Shown here piece by piece: positions 1-11,100 of a stretch of 64,000 nt of DNA. Origin of the DNA: Phoronis australis. Its lineage: Eukaryota > Animalia > Phoronida. Every line of letters begins with the position of its first letter. The stretch's first letter is position 1. The translations under genes and the position numbers were made by a program. The DNA lies in NCBI GenBank assembly GCA_002633005.1, contig NMRA01000349.1, positions 124,001 through 188,000 of the forward strand, given 5' to 3'. Below the pieces are notes generated by a model. It ran no database searches. It worked only from the letters and a program-made list of their open reading frames with translations, and was not told the DNA's origin.

Positions 1-105
1 AAACTGGTCGGGAATAGCGAACAGCAAGACCACGAGGTGCAGTGTCTGGTGAGCCTGTATGCCGTAGTCTTTCAGTTGTGCTAGAGTGCCATTTTTTCTT
101 TGAAC
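1..105 (-). CDS. RING-Ubl gene, exon with C-half of Ubl, continuing off the window
   Basis: Acceptor ttcactgcag; TLAQLKDYGIQAHQTLHLVV aligns to ubiquitin TLSDYNIQKESTLHLVL; no GG motif follows. Confidence 0.85.
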
Positions 106-2952
106 CTGCAGTGAAAAACGTACATCAGGAGTGCTCACTGACTGGAGCCGTTGTCGTCAATGATTTTTGGTATTGCATTATATATCAAATGTTCCTGCAG
201 TGCCATCTTTGAAAGCCATTGTTTTGGTTTGTGTTTTGGAGTGAAAATTGTGTTTTGCTTCAGTAACACGGCACGGAAGCGTTTTTATTTACACACAAAA
301 CCACGGACCAAATACAGGTCATCTGATTATGTCAACACTCAACAATGAACTTGATTTTTTTGTTTCAAGTTTGCGACTTCGGCGCTGTGTATGACTGCCT
401 ATAGCTGGAGTAATAGACCGGCAGCACAGAGGGCTTAGCATAGATGAACGAGGTATCAACATTTGACCACCGGATCACCTCAGTACACAAATGGATGTCT
501 GTCGTTGTCTGCATCCTGGGTATGATCCCTGGGGACCTAACGAGGTCTAGATTAGATATTCAAGGTACCGGCCAAAAATGCTCTAAAACGAGCTATCGTG
601 CCCCATTGAACATCGAATGACCATGACAAACAAATTGCACTCTAGGAAGGGACCGCTAAAAACTCAAAAAGGACCTCTCAAAATGAGCTGGTTCATAAAT
701 TCCATATAATTCGATACATGTCATTGACGACTAAATGGTATATCACAGACAAAATAAACTCTTGTCTTGTGCCTTCCAGAAAACCCAAAAATCTCAATCA
801 CGATATGCCACTGAACATTTGAGCAAGATCATATATTCGAGGTACCGGTCAAAACTAATTTAAAGCGAACAGTCTTGCCGTATTGAACACCGAATGACCC
901 ATGACAGACAAACTGCACAACGATTCCATACATGCCACTAACCACTAAATGGTCTATGACAAACCAAATACACTGGGTTGTCCCTGCTAGAAACCCAACA
1001 TTTAGGGCTGTGATATTCAAAGCCCACGGTGGGTAAAAAAAACAATTCTTACCCAGGACCATAAACGTTTTGTTGAACAGTGTTTACTTCTACAGATCAA
1101 CTGGGACAGTTGTACAGCTAAAAGCAGGGTTCGAACTACTTTCACTGTCCTCCCAAGTAATAAACACCAGTCAGTTTCAAAACCCCTACGGTGTGTGAGT
1201 GACCCCAACGATTTACAACCATCGACCAAATACTAAGCCGCGATACGGACTAGTTACCCGGTCAAGTCTAGAACGCAAAAAATATCAACTATGGAGTTCT
1301 GTTGGAAATTTGTGCTACATTACCTATTTTAGGCCAGAGATAGACCAGCTAAAATTAATTCAAGAGTAAACAATGGTCAATGTATAAGAAACCGCAAGAA
1401 CTCGGGCGGGAAACCCAAATATCTAGACCAGATGTTGTTAAAAATTGCACCAATCGAGGTACATACATTCTCAATTAGGTATTGCATTTAAGTTCACTGC
1501 ATACGTTAAGACACGGGGCCGTTCGAAATAAAACTAATTATATAGATTTGCATTAAAGCTTTGTAGGATGATTTGTTAGAAACTGTTGCATAACGAAAGT
1601 TTGGCAACCTTCCAACTTCGAGAATGGCACAAAGACCTACAAGGACCAGTTCTCAGGAGGAAAACTCTCGTTGTTTCGCCTGGTGTCAACTGTATTCGCT
1701 TCACATGCGTGAACCCAGCCTAAACTATAGGGAGGCTCGAATTCTTGAGGATGTGGACCTTTTACTACCAAGACACGGGGGACTAAAAAACGGGGTACGT
1801 TCGCAGCTATGAATTGTGCCTTCATGCCTTTTTAGTGGACTTTTGTCTCGTTTTCTCGGACTTTTTTCCTCTTAGGCGGACCTTTTAGCCCACTTCGCCA
1901 AATGGGGGGCTCATTAGAGCCATCCGAGCCCCCCCCTCCGGGTGCGCGCATGCTTCATTACAGCGCTACCGCTCGGGGTGCACGCATGCTTCATTACAGC
2001 GCTACCGTGCCAGATGATCCTCTACCAGATCTTCAAAGTTTCCATGACAGATAATTTTTGGAGCGCGCCCAAAGTCATTGGTGCATTACAAATTTCACTC
2101 GTGTACTGTGATTTACAGGCGGCGCAGAAGTGAAATAAGTGGGGGCTATAGGTTTTCTAAGATGTGTGAATTCGGTTTTACAAATGTACAACACAGGGAA
2201 AACGGTTGGACAACATTGCCGAAAGGGGTGTCAATAATATGAGCCCACAGAATGATGAGGAAGAGATACTTACGTCAACGTCTTTGCCGTTGAACAATAG
2301 ACGTTGTTTTGACTCTTCGTGGCCCTGCTTCTGTCTAATGAACTGTTTCAGCTGCATTACCGTCATATGAGGGTTAAAAGAGACGAAGATACTCTCTCCA
2401 GTCAGTGTCGAAATACGAATGTTGGCTTCGCTGTCGCCGCTAGGTTCGGGGGCGCTGAACTCAACTTTGTAGCTTGGGAAGAGATAGGCAAGCCTTAGTT
2501 CGATATCTTTGATGGCTGGTGAGTCGGGGGTCACTTGAGCAGCGCAGTTCACATCCGGGCACTCTGGCTTCGAGTGGACACACTTGATCACACACTACAA
2601 CAGGCGAATATGTTCGGCACACCCCGATGTAATAATCAGTAAAGCCTACTTTATACATGAATGTTATGCATTTCCACAAAACATTGAAATTTTGAATAAG
2701 GTGGCTTTTGTCACTGTCGATATAACGAAAAGTACTCGCGAGACGTTAAGTCAAAACTGTTCACTTGTTTCTTTACACATCATTAGTAAGCATTGTGCAA
2801 GCTATTATTTCAACTCTTTAAAACCCTTGCTGTCTACTTATAAATGCACTTACACGCATACATGCTTTTGACACGTGATCACATTTATCCGTCAGTGGCT
2901 CTGGAGGAAACTCTTTCGACAGCTTTTTTATTCCGCATATAAAACACTTCAT
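1..2952 (-). CDS. RING finger (C3HC4, RBR-RING1-like spacing) + ubiquitin-like domain protein; spliced, 3' end runs off the window
   Basis: Exons 2952-2854 (MKCFICGIKKLSKEFPPEPLTDKCDHVSKACMR|gtaagt), 2594-2274 (ttgtag|CVIKCVHSKPECPDVNC...RLLFNGKDVD|gtaagt) and 105-1 (ctgcag|VQRKNGTLAQLKDYGIQAHQTLHLVVLLFAIPDQF) all join in phase 0. Cys/His pattern is C-x2-C-x17-C-x-H-x4-C-x2-C-x10-C-x4-C. The Ubl matches ubiquitin motifs (STLTG, QRLLFNGK, LKDYGI...TLHLV). Confidence 0.88.
555..1000. repeat. Degenerate two-copy tandem repeat (intronic, likely TE internal array)
   Basis: atattcaaggtaccggccaaaa...gaacatcgaatgaccatgacaaacaaattgcac (555-640) recurs at 831-918; actaaatggt...agaaaccca (730-790) recurs at 944-1000. 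Confidence 0.6.
1704..1952. mobile_element. MITE with CATG...CATG termini and 5-bp TSD (hAT5-like)
   Basis: TIR CATGCGTGAACCC / GGGTGCGCGCATG, flanked by cttca on both sides; a homologous copy lies at 47672-47914. Confidence 0.7.
2274..2594 (-). CDS. RING-Ubl gene, exon with C-half of RING and N-half of Ubl
   Basis: ORF 2178..2591 trimmed to splice sites (acceptor AG at 2596-2595, donor gtaagt at 2273); 107 codons, phase 0/0. Confidence 0.9.
2854..2952 (-). CDS. RING-Ubl gene, first coding exon (N-half of RING); absent from the ORF track
   Basis: Acceptor ttttcag ending at 2961, ATG at 2952, 33 codons with CxxC and CxHxxxxC, donor gtaagt at 2853. Confidence 0.85.
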
Positions 2953-4439
2953 GCTTCAGGCTGAAAATAAAACGCAGAATAACTGAATGATAAAGTTGAC
3001 TAATTCTGCCAGATTACTGACTGAAGAAGAATTCGGCATTTTACATCAAAATTTTGCAGCTAGGTCCTCTGGAGTAGGCAATTATTGACTTTTCTCAGCC
3101 AGCAATGTAACCAGTGGCAGCTGTTGGCTAAGTAGAGCGCCTCACTGTTTCAACAGGAAGTCGAGCAGAATGACTGCTGAGCACATCTCTACCCTCAGCT
3201 GTCACAGCGCCACCTACGCAGTCGTAGCAAGGAGTGCACTGGGAAGCTGTGTAATTATATTATCCCAGATTAACGTGTCACTACGCATGCGTGTGTTTCT
3301 GTTTTAACCCGCGGCTTTTGGTGTCACCAGTACCGGTGCAAGTGTTTGGGGTGAACTTTGGAAACCTTTGAACACACGGCACTGTCAGAAAAACGGTCCA
3401 CAAGAAATGCAAGAAAATCCTTCTGTCAAATCCATCTTTAGACTTGAGCCACTTGCCGTGATAAAATTGGGGTCGTCTTGTTTCTTTCTAAGAAAAGAAA
3501 TTATTTCTAGGCCTGACATGAACTGATAATTTGTTATTGCTTTGGATCAAGCCCTTGAAAACGTTTGTCACGGCGAGGGGTATATTCAGCCGCCGAAACA
3601 CTATGGTAGTCAGATAAATTTCCAGGCTTTTTATTGGGTGAAAATTTTAGCTTCATGCTCGGGATACGAACACGATAACCTTGCACTGGAAAAGCTAATA
3701 TATACTTGTGAAATATGAATTTTGGGTATGAAGACTTCAATTTCAAAGATTACAGGTGGCCAGGTTGGCTCTTGGGCTCAGGTTAAGCGCTCGTGTGTGG
3801 GTGAACACACTCTAAATTTTTTGAAATTTCCAATACATCTCTGGGTTATGCGCCCTTTCCCCCAATATCTCAGCTCGCCAATATAAGGGCCCAGGAAGTT
3901 AACCCGAATATTCAAGTAATTCAATTATCACCAGTGGCCGCATCGTGCATATTTGCTGCCAATTAGTATTAAAGTAATTGCTGAGCTTTAATACAGAATC
4001 CGACAGTTGTATTGTTCGTGTTCAGATAAAACGAAACGTCGCGCTCGAGCAGTCACGGGAATGGGACAACGCTGTTTACGACGACGGGCCTTTTAAGATC
4101 AGGCCAGGAAGTTTTTAAAAAAATCCACTGGCCACTTATCATCCAAAAATGATTCCCGTACTTTATTCACGTATTGATGTCATAACTTCATAATCAGGTG
4201 TTGTTTTCGAATCATAAGAGCCAGATGTAAAAATTGTTGCGTTTACACCTTGAAGCCGGTGTGCGAACGTCTCCGCACGTGGAACTCAAAATCGCGGAAG
4301 GGTTTAGCAATACATCATGCCTTAACGTCCATGGCTTTTAGTTCGCACTGAAAAAACGTGCCTATATTTTTCACTACCTATGGTTTCATTTCAATTCACG
4401 TCAGGTAAGCAAGGGATCGTTCACCCCAGTCTGGGACCC

Positions 4440-4872
4440 CGTGCCTAGTTGCATGAAACAGTCCCAAATAGGGAGTCGGCTTTGTTCCCTAAATCTGCTG
4501 CCTATTTGTGGACTTGTGAAAACACCGATTGTCCTTTCTTATGATGCTTTAGTTTCATTACTAAGTCAACTTTTGGTTTTGATTCAAATCGAGAGTGAAC
4601 TCCGCGTTGAATTCTCAATATTATCGAAAATGTATAGGGATATTTTCATGTAACGCTCCTAACTAAGGGACTCAGTCCCTATTTATTTTCATTGAATTCA
4701 AGGCTCAGATTTTAGATATATTTATTACAAAATGTCATCAGTCAAAGAGGAGCTCATAATAAACATAAAATGATAGAAACTGATCGCATCTGTGAGTAAA
4801 CAAAGACACAACTAGGCAAAAGATTTAAGGAACTTAGTTGAGACCCTATTTCTTTTCTCAAACTGGCCACAG
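4440..4872. mobile_element. Degenerate MITE (PIF/Harbinger-like)
   Basis: About 90-bp imperfect inverted repeats (aaataggga...ttccctaaatc...gcctatttgtg versus the reverse complement at 4790-4870). Confidence 0.45.
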
Positions 4873-6215
4873 TGGTGATTTGACCCAGATTAAGTAATAG
4901 GGTCGCCGCGAAGCGAGAGATGTTACCGTTTGGGAACACTGAACTGGTAATATTTTATGACATCAATCAATATGTCAGAAAACGATTTCCAAACTTAAAA
5001 TACATTGACAAAGCATGCAATGGTTTCTTGCCTTTCAGTGCTTTGTCATATCACTATGCAACTAGATCAAATGTCCATAAATATTTAATTATGACCGAGT
5101 AAAAACACAGCTGGTAACGGATGTCTTAAGCAGGCGGCCAACTAAATAGCGCTGGATATGTGATTAGTTGCAATTTCATTGTAAATGTCAAGGAAGAAAG
5201 AACGTCAACCATGAGAAATGTCATTTGCTGGGTCTCGCCAGTGATTCACAGCCAACATTTATTCCCCGGTTGAGGAATTGCTTACAGTTGGCAAGTTACC
5301 CCGATGATAAACAACCTACCGCCTGCATTGCTGGCCAGCATCGCAGGTCGAAGAATCAGGTGGATCTATGTAAGCCAGGGTCCCGTCAAGTTCATACACC
5401 GAAGGTTGACCTAATTGAGGAACAATGAAAGCCAAGCTCATACGCCATGCACGTACGTAAAGAATTTCAGTTCAGTTAATAACAAAGTCGTAAAAATCAA
5501 AAGTCAGCTTTCTGCACAAGGTGGGAGGAGTAGGCCTACGTGGTAGCTTTTATCTATCAGACCTATCCTCACCGTGACTGTCACGTTCCTTTTGAACGTC
5601 GAGGATTCCAAAATATCAAATACCCAAAACTACAATTCCCCGTGATCACTGGAATCGCCGGGGAGAAGCGTCGCTCGAAGACACTGTGTATAAATAGTGA
5701 GAAACAGTGCGCTTAGTGTGCCCACTTTGCTTAGTCAGTGCACACGACCACAATCACACGCCTCAGTTGTCCACTATAGGACAGGTTCAGTCGAACACAA
5801 CACACATTATATGGCTTCGAAGAAATCGTGAGTCTCACGTCACAATAAGTGTCTCTAAGTTCGTTTCCCAATGTAAGAACTTATGTATATCACCTCAAAA
5901 TTGCCCAGTGCCTCAACCGCATACCGGCGAGGCTTCAATGTGACCTGAAATTTAAGGTATATACAAACTAACAAACCTTGATCGACGAACAACTTGTGGT
6001 GGAGAGAGCAGGCCGACTGTAATTTTCCTCTTCGATCAAAAAGTAGGTCACTGAGGTCAAACCCTTATCCCATCCCGCGAAGAATGATATAATAATTAAA
6101 GGGCACGTTTCACATTTATATTTTCATTTCACGCTTCCTAACATCAAACTAATCACCAGCTTCGAAATAAATTCTACTGAAACAAGTCTGAGAAATAAAT
6201 AATATCATTTACATA

Positions 6216-6236
6216 TGACGTCATTGGAATTTCCCC
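6216..6236 (-). promoter_or_regulatory. Adjacent CRE/ATF (TGACGTCA) and NF-kB (GGGGAAATTCC) sites
   Basis: tgacgtca at 6216-6223; ggaatttcccc at 6226-6236 (reverse complement fits GGGRNNYYCC). They lie between the divergent genes. Confidence 0.5.
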
Positions 6237-7155
6237 GTGTGTCTTCATGGGCCTGTAGTCCCAGGACTATGTTGGCCGATTAGACTGGTTATACGCCATT
6301 GTTCAAATAGTGGAAAGTAGTCTTCGCTGACTTTTCAAGATAAACAAGGTAAGCCATGTATGAGAACTGGATCACAACTGTCAGTCTCGACAAACAGAGT
6401 TGTCATAGTGAGCACGTCATATGGCCGGGTGCACTACTGACACGGCGGTCCAAGTGAAGCCAACGAGCGTGCTCATCGTCTAGGTTAGTCGTATGAAAAT
6501 GAACCAGTGAGATTGCGGACTCACGCAACTTCTGTTCTTATTAGCATCTCTTAATTGTTTGCAGGGAGTCAAACACTTGCACAACTGAGGTGTTATTAAT
6601 GCTTACGATATCAGTCAGTGAGTTCATATTGAAAGGCTAGGCAGTAACAAGGGCTCGCTGGTTCCCTGCGTGCCGCTAGGTGGGGCGGTAGCCGCGCCAG
6701 CACGCAGGTATCACTTAAATTTCCTCTGTAAATTTTTTTACACCGGCGTTTCTGATTGGCTAGTCGATTCGTCAACAGGCAGCGCTTTGCGCAAACAAAC
6801 TGGCATGGCTGATGGACTGAAGTGTAAATGTGGTCTGTTGTACAGACAAACCGGTGCTTAAAATTATGTTCAGGAAATGTGAAGCCTAGAAATTGTGATT
6901 GAGCCTTTTCGGAGTGCATCTTTCTACTGTCGATGACTTTTGTTTACGATAGTGTCTTTATACAGTATGAATAACACACCGTAATATGCGTTTATTGTGC
7001 ATGTATGTGCTTCAAGCACGCGGCTATTAAACATCACTGCACAAACGAAATAGTTGCTGCGACGCCACTTGCATGACAAGGCTAAAATCATTCACAGTCT
7101 GCCATTTTTTTCACGGTGTTGTAAAGCTAACCAATGACTGCCAAGATTACATCGA

Positions 7156-7534
7156 NNNNNNNNNNNNNNNNNNNNNNNNNNNNNNNNNNNNNNNNNNNNN
7201 NNNNNNNNNNNNNNNNNNNNNNNNNNNNNNNNNNNNNNNNNNNNNNNNNNNNNNNNNNNNNNNNNNNNNNNNNNNNNNNNNNNNNNNNNNNNNNNNNNNN
7301 NNNNNNNNNNNNNNNNNNNNNNNNNNNNNNNNNNNNNNNNNNNNNNNNNNNNNNNNNNNNNNNNNNNNNNNNNNNNNNNNNNNNNNNNNNNNNNNNNNNN
7401 NNNNNNNNNNNNNNNNNNNNNNNNNNNNNNNNNNNNNNNNNNNNNNNNNNNNNNNNNNNNNNNNNNNNNNNNNNNNNNNNNNNNNNNNNNNNNNNNNNNN
7501 NNNNNNNNNNNNNNNNNNNNNNNNNNNNNNNNNN
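7156..7534. other. Assembly gap (379 N)
   Basis: Run of N. Confidence 0.99.
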
Positions 7535-7828
7535 TTATGCAGTGGATAAAATTATAATTATTTAGCTCAAAAGCGTACAACGAGGTTGTTTTGTGTTAGA
7601 TTTATTAAATGTTGACCTTTCAACTGTTTATAAGTCACATACCGCAGCCGGGAGCCTGGTGATGAGTAAAACTCAAAAGCGCCGCGTATTACAAAGCGAA
7701 GTGTCCTTTGTTGCTCACAAAAGATTTCGGTGGATTAATCGGCACAAGACCTGCATATGCATACGTATATAGCCCCATTGTATGATCTGTGTAGGCCTAA
7801 CGGTAATAAATCTTAGCCTGTTAGTTAT

Positions 7829-7966
7829 TGCGGTTTTAGTCCCCGGCGGTCCTGTTTTGTGGTGGGGCGGTCATGTTTTTGGGTGCGTCAGTCCCATTTT
7901 CTGGTGCGGCGGTCCCATTTGATCCCCGGAGGTCCTGTTTAGAGGACCGGCGGTCATGTTGTTTCT
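7829..7966. repeat. About 21-bp minisatellite, about 6 units
   Basis: Units ggcggtcctgttttgtggtgg / ggcggtcatgtttttgggtgc / gtcagtcccattttctggtgc / ggcggtcccatttgatcccc / ggaggtcctgtttagaggacc / ggcggtcatgttg. Confidence 0.75.
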
Positions 7967-8165
7967 CACCCGTGATGTTGAGAGACTGGGACACGTTTGT
8001 CTTGGGGCACGTGTGCTTAACCATTGTGTTAACTTTTCGAAGAAATCACGTGACCTCTATTTGTTGTGATAAGCCCCAATGACTGTTTAGTTCAGTGATA
8101 AGCTCTCATTGATGCGTCACTTCTTAGAAGAACACTGACAAAGAAGCCCTTTCAGTTTTTCGCAC

Positions 8166-11100
8166 ATGGAGTTTGGGGCAAAATTCCGTTTTAAGGTAAC
8201 TTAACTTGGTTTATTGTGACATTTTCCTTGAAATGTGAGGTCTACCAGGCCCAGGAATGATGTGATCCTCATGATGATAGCACTGTTACGGTTGATTTTC
8301 TGACGCTCCTTCTAATGCTGGGTCCCGTTGTAGCGAATGTTTTTTAGCCTCCCTCAATATTAATGGATGGATTTTCATGTTTTGCATATGTGTTCCTAAT
8401 TGAGGAGAATATCGCTAGTATGTGTGTGGGTCGAGATACAATGGCGTCCCTGGGCGTTAGGTTTTCTTTGCGTCTATTATAATATCTGCCGAGTTCCGGG
8501 ACGCATGTTCAGAAAACTTGGCAAATGTGTCCATGAATTGAATGTCAGTTGATGATTTCGGACGGATCAGATGGGTGCTGCTGTGCTATCTTTTGGCATA
8601 TTTATGGCGCGTTTGTGTAACAAAGGAAACTTTGTGTTTTTGTGGATGGTGACATCACCCACTGTCAATGTGCAGTCATCTTTGTGAAGTTAACAACTTT
8701 TCTTTCTGATTTATGGATAAACGCATGTCTTTTTGCAAATTGTAACTACCTAAAATGATTGTTCTTAGTGCCTCACAAACTGCTTGTTCTATAAAATCAT
8801 GGAGATTTTGAGACATCCAGTTGGTAAATCACAGAAGAAATTTAAATCTAATGCTGGAAATAAAACTCTCTAAAGTTAGCGACGTTGGGTCCGTCTCGCA
8901 CGCCCCGTAACCAGGGCGACGATATTGTGACATGCGCATTTTTATGGACTGTTTCGCTTTACCTATCAGCTGTCCGAGCACTGGGGGTCCTCACACTGAA
9001 AGCCATAGATAACACTGTTTCCAACTCATAGTAAGTTAATTCATTACTCATCTCAGAAATTCATTTATCCTCTGAGATCGGTTTTATCTTCATGTTACGA
9101 ATAAGTATATTGTACATTGATCTACACCCTTTATTATTTTTTTATCTGATTGAGCCGTACGTCCGGATAATGTGGTAGACGTAGCACAACTCTAGTATTT
9201 AAATATCTATCACTGACCCAGGTGGAAAGTATTGCTTTCGTAAGCCCATAAAAAGTAGTTATAATAGGTCTAAATGAAAACTTTTTTTTACAAAAGGTGT
9301 CATAATCTAGAAAAATCCATCATTATCCATTATATCATATACAAAATCTTTCTATTCCTGTATTCTATGACTTGCTTTTTGCTAATTCTAATTGACGAGT
9401 TGTACTAGAACGGCTGATAAATGAGATTTTTTAAGTTCGCCAAAGTCACCTGAGCCAGCCAATGACGCAAATTATTTCAAGATGGAAAACACTTTCATCT
9501 AGAACTTATTTTTAATTTGGGAGGAGATCACATTACAATAGTCATCTTCAAAACACCATACAAGTCTAAATTTTTCCAACATATGCTTCAGTCTAAACAT
9601 ATCCACAAGTTTGTTTTGCATTTACTAATCTACGGACCCACGTAAGTTCCAGTGCCTTTATGTAAGTCAAGTATGGACTATTCTACATCATCTTCTGTCA
9701 TGATCCTGGGTCATAGCGTTTCTAGCTATTCTATCAATTTTCTTCTCCCAAATAAATTTTAAAATATTTGGTCTCATTCTTTTATAAATGCGTGGAAAGG
9801 AAACTGGAATTTGATAATCAAATGGGTTAATTTTGGTAATGGAATAGTGTTTACCACTCTAACCCATGTTTAAACTAATCTATTGGATTTACATTTCAGT
9901 TTTATTACCATGTAAGCCAGGCATAGAGACTCACGAACAGAAATGAACACTGGGCAAGGGGCCCCGTTTGGTAGGTTACGCGCACGCGCTTAAATTAGTG
10001 TTGCTCAGCACGCTTTTTAGATGGTAGACCCGGTCCATTCTGGCTACTGATTGACAATAATGTCGAGTAATGAAGGCTGATCCCTCCCGACGAGGGGAAC
10101 AAATCACAATGATTATTTTGCCCCGTTAGTGACCGCAGATCGTTTTAACCTCGGTCTCTCAGTAAGCTGCGTTGATGTTGAATAATTCAAAACTTGTCCA
10201 TCATACTGTACGCTTGGTCTAGGTATTACACTGGTTGTTTGGTAATTAGAATAATGCATTATGCACAAAGTATGTAGGAACAAAATAACAAACAAACGGC
10301 GTTCTCTGTATGCGTTAAAGCTTTTTTCAATGCGAAACTAACGAGACGTTCCTCACGGTGTTTTATGTCTGAGGTTAAGTAACCACACCTACCAAGCCAG
10401 TCGGCTCAGTCACGCGACTTTTCCTAATAAGGAAGTGACTTAAGTCGGGAACTTGGTGTGTTATCGGCTTATACAAAGCAGATTGCGCCCTGACGGTAGA
10501 AACGAGGCTACCATACATGGGTGATTGAAATATACCTTTTTGCCATTTTCGGTGTGTGCCAATGTCTTGTCGTTGACTTTCAGCAATTAAGGAAACGTCG
10601 AGTGGCAATCAACAAGTCATTTCACCTGACTCACTCCTGATTGCAAGTTATCCTTGAGCGTTAAAAGATATCACTAGGCACAATTTGCTCACTTATTTGC
10701 GTAGTTATGTGTATCTACAAATAATTATGGCAAGCGCTTTTATCTAGTTGAATGTGAGCTGGTCAAGCTCAAGCACCAATGGACGCACTCACACCGATTG
10801 AGAGAAGTTCGCATTCGGGGAAATTCAAATGCATTTTAAAGCGCGCACAGGTTCCATTCTGAGCAGAGAACAACCATTGAAAATGTTAACTTAAGAGGCC
10901 ATTGTGTTAAGCGGGATAATGATTATACCAAAACGCGGCTCAATATAACTGTAACTAACTGATGTGCTTATTTTGTCTAACTTTGATTTCATACGGTTAG
11001 CTTGTCTCGTTTGTGCAGTCACGTTGGCTTTCCTTTGATGTTGCAGCACTTTAGCATGTCTGTTTTCAGAGTTTACACTTCAGTTTTCTCTAAGTGTTTC

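Noticed and set aside
7073-7580. Three ORFs of 143-162 aa
   Set aside because: They consist of X residues across the N gap.
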